From: Candidatus Omnitrophota bacterium
GTDB taxonomy: Bacteria > Omnitrophota > Gorgyraeia > Duberdicusellales > 4484-171
DNA length: 64,000 nucleotides
Reading direction: 5' to 3'
NCBI GenBank assembly: GCA_037146775.1
Contig: JBAWWL010000003.1
Location: 66,334 to 130,333, forward strand
The notes under the pieces are model-generated. The model did not search any database and was not told the origin of the DNA. It worked only from the letters and a program-made list of their open reading frames with translations. Shown in pieces: positions 1 to 8,956 of this stretch (position 1 is the stretch's first letter; each line of letters begins with the position of its first letter). The position numbers and the translations under genes were made by a program.

Positions 1-338
1 ACGGAAAAGGTGATCAGACCCGTTCTTTTTGCTATGTTGATGATCTCATAAAAGGTATTTTAGAGACGATGAAGGCTACCTATCAACTTCCGCTTAATTT
101 AGGCAATCCTCGTGAGTTTAGAGTAATCGATTTAGCTAAAATAGTTATCAAGATGACCGGCTCATCCTCAAAGATAAAATTTATGGCTTTGCCGCAAGAT
201 GACCCGCGTAAACGTAAGCCCAGTATTGCCAAAGCCAAAAAACTATTACGGTGGCAGCCGGTGATTACCTTAGAAGAGGGATTGAAGAAAACCATACTAT
301 ATTTTAGAAAGAAAATTCAAACAGTCTCGGTAGATTAA
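1..338 (+). CDS. UDP-glucuronate decarboxylase-like NAD-dependent epimerase/dehydratase, 3' part (starts before window)
   Basis: Frame open from position 3: GKGDQTRSFCYVDDLIKG...NLGNPREF...LPQDDPRKRKPSI, typical Uxs/ArnA-like C-terminus. Confidence 0.85.
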   Translation, partial: GKGDQTRSFCYVDDLIKGILETMKATYQLPLNLGNPREFRVIDLAKIVIKMTGSSSKIKFMALPQDDPRKRKPSIAKAKKLLRWQPVITLEEGLKKTILYFRKKIQTVSVD

Positions 339-375
339 ATAGTAATAACATTCAGTTTATTTTGTAGGAGGTACA

Positions 376-1329
376 ATGAAGGTTTTAATTACCGGAATTA
401 CTGGTTTTGTGGGTTCGCATTTTGCGGAGTATCTTCTCAAAAAAGGAGATATAAAGATTTATGGACTAGTCAGGTGGCGTTCAGACATTAAAAATATAAG
501 CCACATTAAAGATAAATTGACTCTCTATGAGGCAGATATACGAGATTTTATGAGCGTAAAGAGCACCATTGAAAAAATTATGCCCGATAAAATTTTTCAT
601 CTGGCTGCCCAATCTTTTGTCGGTACCTCTTTCAATGCTCCGCAGGAAACCCTTACTACCAATATTATCGGCGAGCTGAATATTTTTGAAGCGGTAAAGG
701 CTTTAGGTATCAATCCCCCTATCCAGATTTGCGGTTCTTCCGAAGAGTACGGCCTGGTGCATAAAAACGAATTGCCCATAAAAGAAACTAACCCCTTGCG
801 TCCGCTTTCTCCCTATGCAGTAAGTAAGGTTACTCAAGACTTATTAGGTTACCAATACTTTAAGAGTTATGGATTAAACATAATAGTAACCCGCGCTTTT
901 AATCATACCGGAAGACGCCGCGGGGAACCTTTTGTCTCGTCCAATTTTTCTAAACAAATTGCCATGATTGAGAAAGGTAAGCAGGATCCGGTTATTCACG
1001 TAGGAAACTTAGAAGCAATAAGAGATTTTAATGACGTGAGAGATGTTGTAAGGGCTTACTGGTCATCTTTAGAAAAATGTAGGCCCGGAGAGGTTTATAA
1101 TATTTGTAGTGGCAAAGGCTATAGAATTCAGGAAGTTTTAGACATCCTTCTTTCTTATACAAAAGTGAAAGTTAAAATAAAGCAAGATCCGGAGCGCATG
1201 CGGCCGTCAGATGTTCCGGTTTTAATTGGCGATTGCTCAAAATTTAAAGAAGAAACCGGCTGGAGCCCGGAAATACCCTTTGAAAAGACACTCGAAGATT
1301 TATTGAATTATTGGAGAGAAAACGTTTAA
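376..1329 (+). CDS. GDP-mannose 4,6-dehydratase / GDP-4-keto-6-deoxymannose reductase (Gmd/Rmd-like SDR)
   Basis: GITGFVG, HLAAQSFV, SSEEYG, SPYAVSK, RAFNHTG, MRPSDVP; SD AGGAGG upstream. Confidence 0.85.
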   Translation: MKVLITGITGFVGSHFAEYLLKKGDIKIYGLVRWRSDIKNISHIKDKLTLYEADIRDFMSVKSTIEKIMPDKIFHLAAQSFVGTSFNAPQETLTTNIIGELNIFEAVKALGINPPIQICGSSEEYGLVHKNELPIKETNPLRPLSPYAVSKVTQDLLGYQYFKSYGLNIIVTRAFNHTGRRRGEPFVSSNFSKQIAMIEKGKQDPVIHVGNLEAIRDFNDVRDVVRAYWSSLEKCRPGEVYNICSGKGYRIQEVLDILLSYTKVKVKIKQDPERMRPSDVPVLIGDCSKFKEETGWSPEIPFEKTLEDLLNYWRENV

Positions 1330-1358
1330 ATCATAATTTGCACAAGAAATTAATTTCT

Positions 1359-2330
1359 ATGCCAATACAAAATATAGCTATGGTCGGCCTGGGCGCGTGG
1401 GGTAAAAATATTCTGCGTAATTTATATGAATTAAAAGCTATACGTGTCGCGTGTGACTGTAATCTTGATACCTTGCGCGAGCGCAAAAAAGAATTTCCTG
1501 ACATAGCTTATACTGCCACGTTTGACGATATCCTGAAAGATAACGCGGTTACGGCGGTATGTATTGCCACTCCTGCCTCAACACATTATAAATTAGCAAA
1601 GATGGCTCTTGATGCGCATAAAGACGTATTTGTGGAAAAGCCGTTGGCGTTTAATGTTAAACATGGCAGAGAGCTGATGCGTATCGCCGAGAAAAAAAAG
1701 AAAATTCTCATGGTTGGTCATATCCTGCAGTATCATCCGGCTATTATTAGACTCAAAAGCCTTCTTGAAGAAGGAGCTCTTGGGCAAGTGCAATATATCT
1801 ATTCCAATAGGTTGAATATAGGTAAATTGCGCGTTGAGGAAAATATTCTATGGAGTTTTGCTCCGCACGACATTTCTGTGCTTTTAATGCTGATTGGCTC
1901 AGAGCCTTTAAGGGTAGATTGTTTCGGTGCTTCTTATATCAATAAGGGTATCAGCGATGTTACTATGACTACCCTTGAATTTAAGAACAATATAAAAGCG
2001 CATATTTTTGTAAGCTGGTTACATCCTTTCAAAGAACACAAATTGATTGTAGTCGGTTCAAAGGCTATGGCAGTTTTTGACGATTTAACAAAAGAGAAAT
2101 TATTTATTTATCCTCACAAAATAGAGTGGCACAACGGTAAAATTCCTGTTGCGCATAAAGCCGAGTATTATTGTCTGCCCATAGAAGAGAAAGAGCCATT
2201 GCGAGAAGAAATATTACATTTTATTGAATGCATTGCTGCGCGTAAAGTTCCCAAGACAGACGTAAAAGAAGGCTTAAAAGTTTTAAAAGTATTGGCGGAA
2301 GCGGAGCGAAAGCTGCGCGCTAGAAAATAG
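1359..2330 (+). CDS. Gfo/Idh/MocA oxidoreductase, WbpB/WlbA-like UDP-GlcNAcA 3-dehydrogenase
   Basis: GLGAWG, VFVEKP, APHD motifs; followed by WbpD/WbpE-like genes; ATG 1359 preferred over TTG 1311. Confidence 0.8.
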   Translation: MPIQNIAMVGLGAWGKNILRNLYELKAIRVACDCNLDTLRERKKEFPDIAYTATFDDILKDNAVTAVCIATPASTHYKLAKMALDAHKDVFVEKPLAFNVKHGRELMRIAEKKKKILMVGHILQYHPAIIRLKSLLEEGALGQVQYIYSNRLNIGKLRVEENILWSFAPHDISVLLMLIGSEPLRVDCFGASYINKGISDVTMTTLEFKNNIKAHIFVSWLHPFKEHKLIVVGSKAMAVFDDLTKEKLFIYPHKIEWHNGKIPVAHKAEYYCLPIEEKEPLREEILHFIECIAARKVPKTDVKEGLKVLKVLAEAERKLRARK

Positions 2331-2339
2331 TAAAATATC

Positions 2340-2921
2340 ATGTCTAAACTAGCAAAAAAATATTTTATTCACACATCTTCCATTATTGACGAAAATGTGG
2401 AAATAGGAGAAGGAACTAGAGTTTGGCATTTTTCGCATGTGTTGTCTGGTTCGAAAATTGGCAAAAATTGTAATATCGGACAAAACGTGGTTATTGGCCC
2501 CAATGTTGTTATGGGCGATAATTGTAAGATACAAAATAATGTGTCGCTTTACGAAGGCGTTATGCTGGATGACGATGTATTTTGCGGGCCATCCTGTGTT
2601 TTCACGAATGTCATTAATCCCCGCAGCGCAGTTTGTAGAAGAAGCGAGATGCGCAAAACTATAGTCAAAAAGGGAGCCACCATCGGTGCCAATGCAACCA
2701 TTGTGTGCGGCCATACCTTAGGAAAACATTCTTTTGTCGGTGCCGCAGCGGTAGTAACAAAAGATGTGTCTGACTATGCTCTTGTGTATGGCAATCCTGC
2801 CCGTCTCAAGGGGTATATGTGTGAGTGCGGTATAAAACTAGAGTTTAAAAAGGCTAAAGCTATTTGTAAAAGTTGTGCTAAAACATATTGTAAAACTAGC
2901 GCTGGCATTCAAAAAATATAG
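2340..2921 (+). CDS. wbpD: Hexapeptide-repeat N-acetyltransferase, WbpD/WlbB-like
   Basis: IGEGTRVWHFSHV, KIQNNVSLYEGV, FCGPSCVFTNVINPRS, C-terminal CECG...CKSC. Confidence 0.85.
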   Translation: MSKLAKKYFIHTSSIIDENVEIGEGTRVWHFSHVLSGSKIGKNCNIGQNVVIGPNVVMGDNCKIQNNVSLYEGVMLDDDVFCGPSCVFTNVINPRSAVCRRSEMRKTIVKKGATIGANATIVCGHTLGKHSFVGAAAVVTKDVSDYALVYGNPARLKGYMCECGIKLEFKKAKAICKSCAKTYCKTSAGIQKI

Positions 2922-4226
2922 ATGGCAAAGAATTTATCTATACCTCTCTTAGATTTAAAACGCGAATATGCTTTCTTAAAGAAAAGTATCGATCGAGAGC
3001 TCAAAAGCTGCTTTGCTCATCAGGCCTGGATTCTGGGAGAAAAAGTAACCCAATTTGAAAATCAAGTCGCCAAGTATTTGGATACAAAACATGCCATTGG
3101 TGTTGCCTCCGGGACAGACGCTCTAATTTTATCTTTACGGGCTTTAGCTATAAAACTTAAAAATAAAGAGTATTTCGACAAAAACGATGAAATTATCACT
3201 ACACCCTTTACTTTTGTCGCTACTGCCGAAGCAATTGTTCGTAGCGGCGCTACGCCTGTGTTTGTAGATATAAACCCCAACACCTTTAATATTGATCCCC
3301 AAGAAATAAAAAAAGCTATCACTAAAAATACCGTAGGTATTATACCGGTGCATCTTTTTGGTTTAGCCTGCCAAATGAATGAAATTTTAAGTATCGCCCG
3401 GGAAAATAATTTATTTATCGTTGAAGACGTCGCCCAAGCTTTTGGAGCCGAATATAGGTCAGAAGTCAGAGGACAGAGGACAGAAGACAGAAAAAAACTG
3501 GGGACTATCGGTAATTGTGGGGCGTTTAGTTTTTTTCCTTCCAAGAACTTAGGTAGTTACGGTGATGCAGGAATGGTTACCACTAACGATCCTAAACTTG
3601 CCGAGTTAATCAAGGTATTGCGGGCTCATGGTCAAACCAAGCAGTACGATGCTGCGTATATCGGTTACAACTCCCGTCTCGATTCTATGCAGGCAGCCAT
3701 ACTCTTGGCTAAGCTAAAATATATCAATAAATTTAACTCTATCCGTATTGCTACTGCGCATAAATATTATCAGGCCTTAAAAGGTATCAAAAGTATCCAA
3801 CTCCCACCGATATTCGATGTCTCTGGCCATCGACTTCCGACCTCTGACCTCTGTCTTCTGTCTTCTGGTCTCCAGCCTCTGACCTCTGACGTCTGTCCTC
3901 TGTCTTCTGGTCTCCAACCTCTGATCTCTGACGTCTGTCGTCTGACTTCTGAATCCTCCCACGTCTACAACCTCTACACCATCAAAGTTTCTAGCCAGGT
4001 CCGCGATAAACTCCTAAGTTTTTTAAACACCAAAGGTATCGGCGCGCGCGTATATTACCCTGTTGCTCTTCACCAAATGAAAGCCTTCAAAAATGCCAAG
4101 ATTATAGGGAGCCTGCAAAATAGCGAAGAAGCTACCAAACAAGTAATTTCTTTACCCGTCCACCCCTTTTTAAAACCGCAAGAAATAAAATTAGTTATTC
4201 AAACAATAACTGAAGCAAGCCAATAA
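2922..4226 (+). CDS. DegT/DnrJ/EryC1/StrS aminotransferase, WbpE/WlbC-like, with two in-frame repeat-encoded insertions
   Basis: SGTDAL, PVHLFG, EDVAQAFGA, SFFPSKNLG, GYNSRLD; inserts RSEVRGQRTEDR and SGHRLPTSDLCLLSS... Confidence 0.9.
   Translation: MAKNLSIPLLDLKREYAFLKKSIDRELKSCFAHQAWILGEKVTQFENQVAKYLDTKHAIGVASGTDALILSLRALAIKLKNKEYFDKNDEIITTPFTFVATAEAIVRSGATPVFVDINPNTFNIDPQEIKKAITKNTVGIIPVHLFGLACQMNEILSIARENNLFIVEDVAQAFGAEYRSEVRGQRTEDRKKLGTIGNCGAFSFFPSKNLGSYGDAGMVTTNDPKLAELIKVLRAHGQTKQYDAAYIGYNSRLDSMQAAILLAKLKYINKFNSIRIATAHKYYQALKGIKSIQLPPIFDVSGHRLPTSDLCLLSSGLQPLTSDVCPLSSGLQPLISDVCRLTSESSHVYNLYTIKVSSQVRDKLLSFLNTKGIGARVYYPVALHQMKAFKNAKIIGSLQNSEEATKQVISLPVHPFLKPQEIKLVIQTITEASQ
3454..3491 (+). 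repeat. Heptamer array AGA(G/A)G(A/T)C x5, left arm inside the WbpE-like gene
   Basis: ataggtc agaagtc agaggac agaggac agaagac aga. Confidence 0.9.
3822..3954 (+). repeat. Heptamer array TCTG(A/T)C(C/T) x19, reverse complement of the 3454-3491 unit, with a 42-bp higher-order duplication
   Basis: tctggcc atcgact tccgacc tctgacc tctgtct tctgtct tctggtc tccagcc tctgacc tctgacg tctgtcc tctgtct tctggtc tccaacc tctgatc tctgacg tctgtcg tctgact tctgaat. Confidence 0.95.
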
Positions 4227-4255
4227 AGCTACACCAAATTTTCTAACAAATAGCG

Positions 4256-4396
4256 ATGAAAGAAGTTGATATTACTATTATTGGTGCGGGAGTGGTAGGT
4301 TTGGCAATTGCCGCAAGACTTGCCAAAGTAAACCGTTCTCTATACGTGATAGAAAGGCATGATTCTTTTGGCCAGGAGACTAGCTCAGGGAATTGA
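4256..4396 (+). pseudogene. 46-codon 5' stub of an LhgO-like FAD oxidoreductase (duplicate of the start of 5983..7122)
   Basis: MKEVDITIIGAGVVGLAIAARLAKVNRSLYVIERHDSFGQETSSGN* vs MEEVDITIIGAGVVGLAIAARIAKPNRSLYIIERHNTFGQETSSRNS. Confidence 0.9.
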
Positions 4397-4438
4397 ATAT
4401 ACAGAGGCCGCAGCATTCCCTATCTTACATAATTTACC

Positions 4439-4467
4439 TTGTATTATAGCCAATATAGCTATATTAT
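4439..4467 (+). promoter_or_regulatory. Putative sigma70 promoter of the ATPase gene
   Basis: TTGTAT-17 bp-TATTAT; TAGCCA motif occurs twice nearby. Confidence 0.4.
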
Positions 4468-4504
4468 ATCCTTGGATATTAGCCATATATAAAAAAAATC
4501 TGTT

Positions 4505-5836
4505 ATGAAAAGAGACTTGGAAAGAGATTTATTCAATTGGAAAGAATGCAAAGATAGGCTGCCATTATTATTGCGCGGCGCGCGGCAAGTAGGTAAAAGT
4601 TATATTGTAGAAGAGTTTGGGAAGAAGGCCTTTAAAAATATAGTTATCGTTAATTTTGAATTTAGGCCTGAACTTAAACAATGTTTTACTACACTTGACC
4701 CCGTTGAAATTATTAATAAGCTGCAGCTGCTTACGGGTGAAGTCATAGAAGCAGAAAATACTTTGCTTTTTCTCGATGAGATACAGGAATGCCCCAATGC
4801 AATAATGGCTTTACGGTATTTCAAGGAAAAGCATGATCGGCTTGCCGTTATCGGGGCAGGTTCATTGATGGAATTTGCTCTTAATAATTCAAGTTTTAAA
4901 ATGCCGGTAGGAAGAGTGCAGTTTATATATCTTGAGCCTTTATCGTTTGGCGAGTTTTTGACGGCATCCGGGAATGAACTGTTGCGGAGTCATCTGCGGG
5001 AAATACGATTGAGCAGCGTATTTGAAAACACGGTACACCAGAAGTTGATGGATTTGTTGCGGGTATATCTTATTGTAGGAGGTATGCCGGCAGTGGTTAA
5101 AGAATATCTTGATAACAGAAACTTTTTAAATTGCCAGCGAATTCAAAATTCTTTACTGCAAGCGTATCGGAATGATTTTGGGAAATATGCTAAGACTTCT
5201 GAACAGAAATATTTACAAAAAGTATTAGATGAAGCTCCGCGGCTTGTTGGCGATCGCATTAAGTATTCGAATATCGATGCTGATAGTAAATCAAGAGATA
5301 TTAAACAGGCGCTTAACCTTTTAAAATTAACCGGTATTATTTATCCGGTATATGCAACTAGCGCTTCAGGGCTTCCTTTGGAAGCGCAAGTTAATGAAAT
5401 GAAATTTAAGTTAAATTTTCTTGATGTAGGTCTAATGCAAAATGCATGCGGTTTACAATCAGAACTTACATTAACGAACGATTTTATTCAGATTAATTCC
5501 GGCGCTGTAACGGAGCAGTTTATCGGCCAGGAATTAAGGGCCCATTATGATAGTTATTTAAAGCGAGGCCTTTTTTTCTGGGCGCGTGATAAAAAAAACA
5601 GTTCAGCTGAAGTTGACTATGTTATCGCGGTAGATTCCTTAATACTGCCGGTAGAGGTTAAGGCAGGCAAGACCGGCACGCTTAAGTCACTAAAGCTGTT
5701 TATGGAAGAAAAGAAGTCATTGTTTGGCGTGCGCTTTTCGCAGGAGAAGTTATCTTTGTATGATAAAGTATTAACATTGCCGTTATATATGACAGAGCAG
5801 ATAAAAAGATTAGTTCGGGAAGCAGGCAGCCTATAA
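4505..5836 (+). CDS. AAA_14/DUF4143-type ATP-binding protein with C-terminal PD-(D/E)XK-like motif
   Basis: Walker A GARQVGKS, Walker B LLFLDEIQ, GGMP, EVDYV...PVEVK. Confidence 0.85.
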   Translation: MKRDLERDLFNWKECKDRLPLLLRGARQVGKSYIVEEFGKKAFKNIVIVNFEFRPELKQCFTTLDPVEIINKLQLLTGEVIEAENTLLFLDEIQECPNAIMALRYFKEKHDRLAVIGAGSLMEFALNNSSFKMPVGRVQFIYLEPLSFGEFLTASGNELLRSHLREIRLSSVFENTVHQKLMDLLRVYLIVGGMPAVVKEYLDNRNFLNCQRIQNSLLQAYRNDFGKYAKTSEQKYLQKVLDEAPRLVGDRIKYSNIDADSKSRDIKQALNLLKLTGIIYPVYATSASGLPLEAQVNEMKFKLNFLDVGLMQNACGLQSELTLTNDFIQINSGAVTEQFIGQELRAHYDSYLKRGLFFWARDKKNSSAEVDYVIAVDSLILPVEVKAGKTGTLKSLKLFMEEKKSLFGVRFSQEKLSLYDKVLTLPLYMTEQIKRLVREAGSL

Positions 5837-5982
5837 CATAACAATTATTGACAGCATTAAAATCAGTAATTTGTTTGGTCGGATACCATCCTTTACCACG
5901 GAAGAGAGAATTAGTATGAGGGAATTAAAAATTCTCTTTTTGTGTTACATTTCTTATAAATGCTAAAAATAACACTTTGTGT

Positions 5983-7122
5983 ATGGAAGAAGTTGATATT
6001 ACTATTATTGGTGCGGGAGTGGTAGGTTTGGCAATCGCTGCACGAATAGCTAAGCCAAATCGTTCTTTATATATTATTGAACGCCATAATACATTTGGCC
6101 AGGAAACCAGCTCAAGAAACAGCGAAGTAATCCATGCCGGCATCTATTACCCCAATGGATCTTTAAAAGCACAATTATGTGTTGAAGGTAATAGAATGCT
6201 TTATGAGATTTGTTCCAAGCATGGTATCAGTCATAAAAGGATAGAGAAGCTTATTGTGTCAACTAATCCGCAAGAAGAAGAGGATTTGCACAAGCTCTTA
6301 GAAAATGGCTGCGCTAACGGTGTTCCTGGTCTAAAACTGTTTTCACAAGAAGAAATACGAAAACTTGAGCCCAATATAAAAACTCGCCTTGCCCTGCATT
6401 CTTCGTCTACCGGAATAATTGATACGCACAGTCTTATGAAATATTTTGAACATACTTGCAAGGCTAATCAAGGAGAGATTGTCTATGGCTGTGCAGTAAC
6501 CGGTTTGCAAAAATCGGCTTTAAGTTACGAAGTTAGCGTTAAGGATGTTTCCGGCGATACTTTTAAATTTAATTCCCGCATTGTGATTAATAGCGCCGGC
6601 CTAGAGTCAGACTATATTGCGCAGATGCTGGGTATAGATATTGATAAGCAAAATTACCGTTTAAAATATTGTAAGGGGCAGTATTTTCGCGTAATAAATT
6701 CAAGGAAATGCAGCCTTATCAACAGGCTTATTTATCCGGTACCGCACGAGAAAGCCTCTGGTTTAGGTGTGCATGCCACGAAAGACTTAGGTGGAGGTTT
6801 GCGTCTTGGTCCGGATACACAGTATGTAGATAGAAATAAATTCGATTACGAAGTCGATGTATCAAGACGTAAACATTTCTTTAAAGCAGCCTCGACTTTT
6901 TTACCTTTTTTAAAAGAGGAAGATTTAATACCTGATACCTCAGGAATGCGGCCAAAACTTCAGGGAGAAGGTGAGGATTTCCGTGATTTCGTAATTAAAG
7001 AGGAAAGTTCTTTAGGTTTTCCAGGTTTCATCAATCTTATCGGAATCGAATCCCCAGGTTTAACCAGCGCCCCGGCGATAGTGGAATACGTAGAAAAGAT
7101 TATAAAACCATTTCTTTTTTAA
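5983..7122 (+). CDS. NAD(P)/FAD-dependent oxidoreductase, L-2-hydroxyglutarate oxidase (LhgO)-like
   Basis: IIGAGVVG, TSSRNSEVIHAGIYY, GLGVHAT, GIESPGLTSAPA. Confidence 0.85.
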   Translation: MEEVDITIIGAGVVGLAIAARIAKPNRSLYIIERHNTFGQETSSRNSEVIHAGIYYPNGSLKAQLCVEGNRMLYEICSKHGISHKRIEKLIVSTNPQEEEDLHKLLENGCANGVPGLKLFSQEEIRKLEPNIKTRLALHSSSTGIIDTHSLMKYFEHTCKANQGEIVYGCAVTGLQKSALSYEVSVKDVSGDTFKFNSRIVINSAGLESDYIAQMLGIDIDKQNYRLKYCKGQYFRVINSRKCSLINRLIYPVPHEKASGLGVHATKDLGGGLRLGPDTQYVDRNKFDYEVDVSRRKHFFKAASTFLPFLKEEDLIPDTSGMRPKLQGEGEDFRDFVIKEESSLGFPGFINLIGIESPGLTSAPAIVEYVEKIIKPFLF

Positions 7123-7162
7123 AGTAAAAAATTTTTATATTTTGACATGTCATTTTGATATT

Positions 7163-7320
7163 TAATCGACGCGCAGATAACCCTGGCAGAGCCAGAGTTA
7201 AAATGCGCCAAAGATTATCCCGACGAGGTTGCGGGAAATTCTCTTCGACAATTTCCCGCATATTCAGCCGAGTCGGGAATATCCAGAGAAACCACGGGCT
7301 TTGGCCCGTGGAGGTTCATT
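7163..7320 (-). mobile_element. Structured ~155-bp element with an IS200/IS605-like terminal hairpin (MITE or ncRNA)
   Basis: Hairpins CCACGGGC-TTTG-GCCCGTGG, GCGGGAAATT...AATTTCCCGC inside CCCGAC...GTCGGG, and GCGCA...TGCGC; lies between convergent genes. Confidence 0.55.
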
Positions 7321-8059
7321 CTTTGATATTTAATTTAAATAGCTCACGTTTTTGCATTCTTATCTTAACCAAGCCAAGAAAAGACTTTATCCCATCGCGC
7401 AAAGGCTTTACCTTAGAGGTTTCTTTTTTGTCTTTCCAGGTTATCGGCACCTCTTTTATACTAAAAGAAAGCCGAGCTGCTAGATAGATTACTTCACTGT
7501 CAAAACTCCAATCATTTCTCGTGACGCGGGAAAAGATACTTTTTGCTGCTTCTTTTTTAAATAACTTAAAACCACAATTATAGTCTCTAATTTTTGTCCC
7601 AAGAATCACCCCAGAAAGCATTATATAGATATTGCCTAAAATATTTCTATGTAGCGGTTGATAGGTTTCTATGGTTGCTCCGGGCACTCGACGAGAGGCA
7701 ATGGCGATATCGTTTCCATCCATAATTACCGCTATCAGCTTATCAAGTTGGCCAATGCGGGTAGAATTGTCCGCATCCATAAAAAGTATTAGTTCCCCAT
7801 TTGCTGCAAGTATACCTCTTTTGACGGTATAGCCCTTGCCGTGGTTAGTATCGTTTTTCAAAAGGGTAAAAGTATTGAATGCTGGTGCTATTTTGTATGC
7901 AGCCTCAACGGTTTTATCGGTCGAACCATCATCAATCACAATTATCTCGTACTGATAATCCTTCGTTTTAAGATAATCGACAATTTCCTGTAGAGTAGAG
8001 CTGATATTCAACTCTTCGTTGTATGCGGGAATGACTATTGATAAATATATTTTTCTCAT
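7316..8059 (-). CDS. GT2 dolichyl/polyprenyl-phosphate beta-glucosyltransferase-like
   Basis: SIVIPAYNEE, DDGSTD, NHGKG, FMDAD, DYNCGFKLF, FDSEV. Confidence 0.9.
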   Translation of the reverse strand: MRKIYLSIVIPAYNEELNISSTLQEIVDYLKTKDYQYEIIVIDDGSTDKTVEAAYKIAPAFNTFTLLKNDTNHGKGYTVKRGILAANGELILFMDADNSTRIGQLDKLIAVIMDGNDIAIASRRVPGATIETYQPLHRNILGNIYIMLSGVILGTKIRDYNCGFKLFKKEAAKSIFSRVTRNDWSFDSEVIYLAARLSFSIKEVPITWKDKKETSKVKPLRDGIKSFLGLVKIRMQKRELFKLNIKE

Positions 8060-8067
8060 CAAAAATT

Positions 8068-8076
8068 ATTATAGCA
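8068..8076 (-). promoter_or_regulatory. Extended -10 promoter TGcTATAAT, 8 nt before the ATG (likely leaderless)
   Basis: Minus strand reads ...ctatgcTATAATaatttttgATG; no SD. Confidence 0.5.
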
Positions 8077-8242
8077 TAGAGATAACCGCGCTACCAATGA
8101 AAAGCTTCGAAATCGGTAATAAATGTTTCATTGCCGCACGCATGGCAACATGATAATATTATTGCACTACCCTTTGTTTTAAGTATTAGCTTATTAGGCA
8201 TTTTTGTAATAAAATAGATATATAAAATACCAGAAAAACAAT

Positions 8243-8956
8243 ATGTTTCTATCTATTATTATACCCGCATATAATGAGCAAGAACGTCTTAAGGCCACCC
8301 TTGAAAAGGTTAGCTTATATTTAGATATCAAGCAATACGAGTCTGAAGTTATCGTGGTCGACGATGGTTCAACTGATGATACTGTCAAGGTGGCACTTTC
8401 TAGTAAACTCAATACTTCAGGTAGGCTTACTATCTTACAAAATGAAGGTAACCGAGGAAAAGGTTTTTCGGTACGCCGGGCAATATTAGCTGCTCGCGGC
8501 GATTACATATTATTCAGTGATGCGGATTTATCTACGCCAACAGAGGAAGTGGAGAAACTTTTTAAACAAATTGAGGCAGGTGCGGATATTGCAATTGGTT
8601 CCCGTTCTATTGAAGGTGCACAAGTGCAAGTGCATCAGCCTTTTTATAGAGAATGGATGGGCAGGCTTTTTAACTTTTTTGTACAGTTGTTTGTATTGAA
8701 AGGTTTTATAGATACGCAATGCGGTTTCAAATTATTAAGAGCCAGTCCTGCTAAAGATATCGCAACTTTTCTTAAAATAGATGGTTTTTCTTTCGACGTT
8801 GAGCTTATGTATCTGGCAACGAAAAAAAATTACAAGATAAAAGAAACTCCTGTCATCTGGATAAACTCTCCTAATAGCCGCGTTAACCCGCTCATTGATT
8901 CCTACAAAATGCTCAAAGATCTTCTGATTATCAAGCAACTACATCGTGAAGATTAA
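8243..8956 (+). CDS. GT2 dolichyl/polyprenyl-phosphate beta-glucosyltransferase-like
   Basis: SIIIPAYNEQ, DDGSTD, NRGKG, FSDADLS, DTQCGFKL, FDVE; divergent paralog of 7316..8059. Confidence 0.9.
   Translation: MFLSIIIPAYNEQERLKATLEKVSLYLDIKQYESEVIVVDDGSTDDTVKVALSSKLNTSGRLTILQNEGNRGKGFSVRRAILAARGDYILFSDADLSTPTEEVEKLFKQIEAGADIAIGSRSIEGAQVQVHQPFYREWMGRLFNFFVQLFVLKGFIDTQCGFKLLRASPAKDIATFLKIDGFSFDVELMYLATKKNYKIKETPVIWINSPNSRVNPLIDSYKMLKDLLIIKQLHRED

Noticed and set aside
3822-3954. Possible CRISPR array (also 52269-52434 and 49881-50173)
   Set aside because: Units are 6-12 bp in tandem with no unique spacers, and there are no cas genes
3777-3962. Minus-strand ORF of RGQR/ETRR repeats
   Set aside because: Antisense translation of the heptamer array inside the aminotransferase gene
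7163-7320. Integron attC site (also 23922-24045 and 54515-54590)
   Set aside because: No convincing RYYYAAC...GTTRRRY boundaries, no integrase and no cassette array
7155-7487. 110-aa + strand ORF
   Set aside because: Spans a palindromic element and the antisense strand of the GT2 gene
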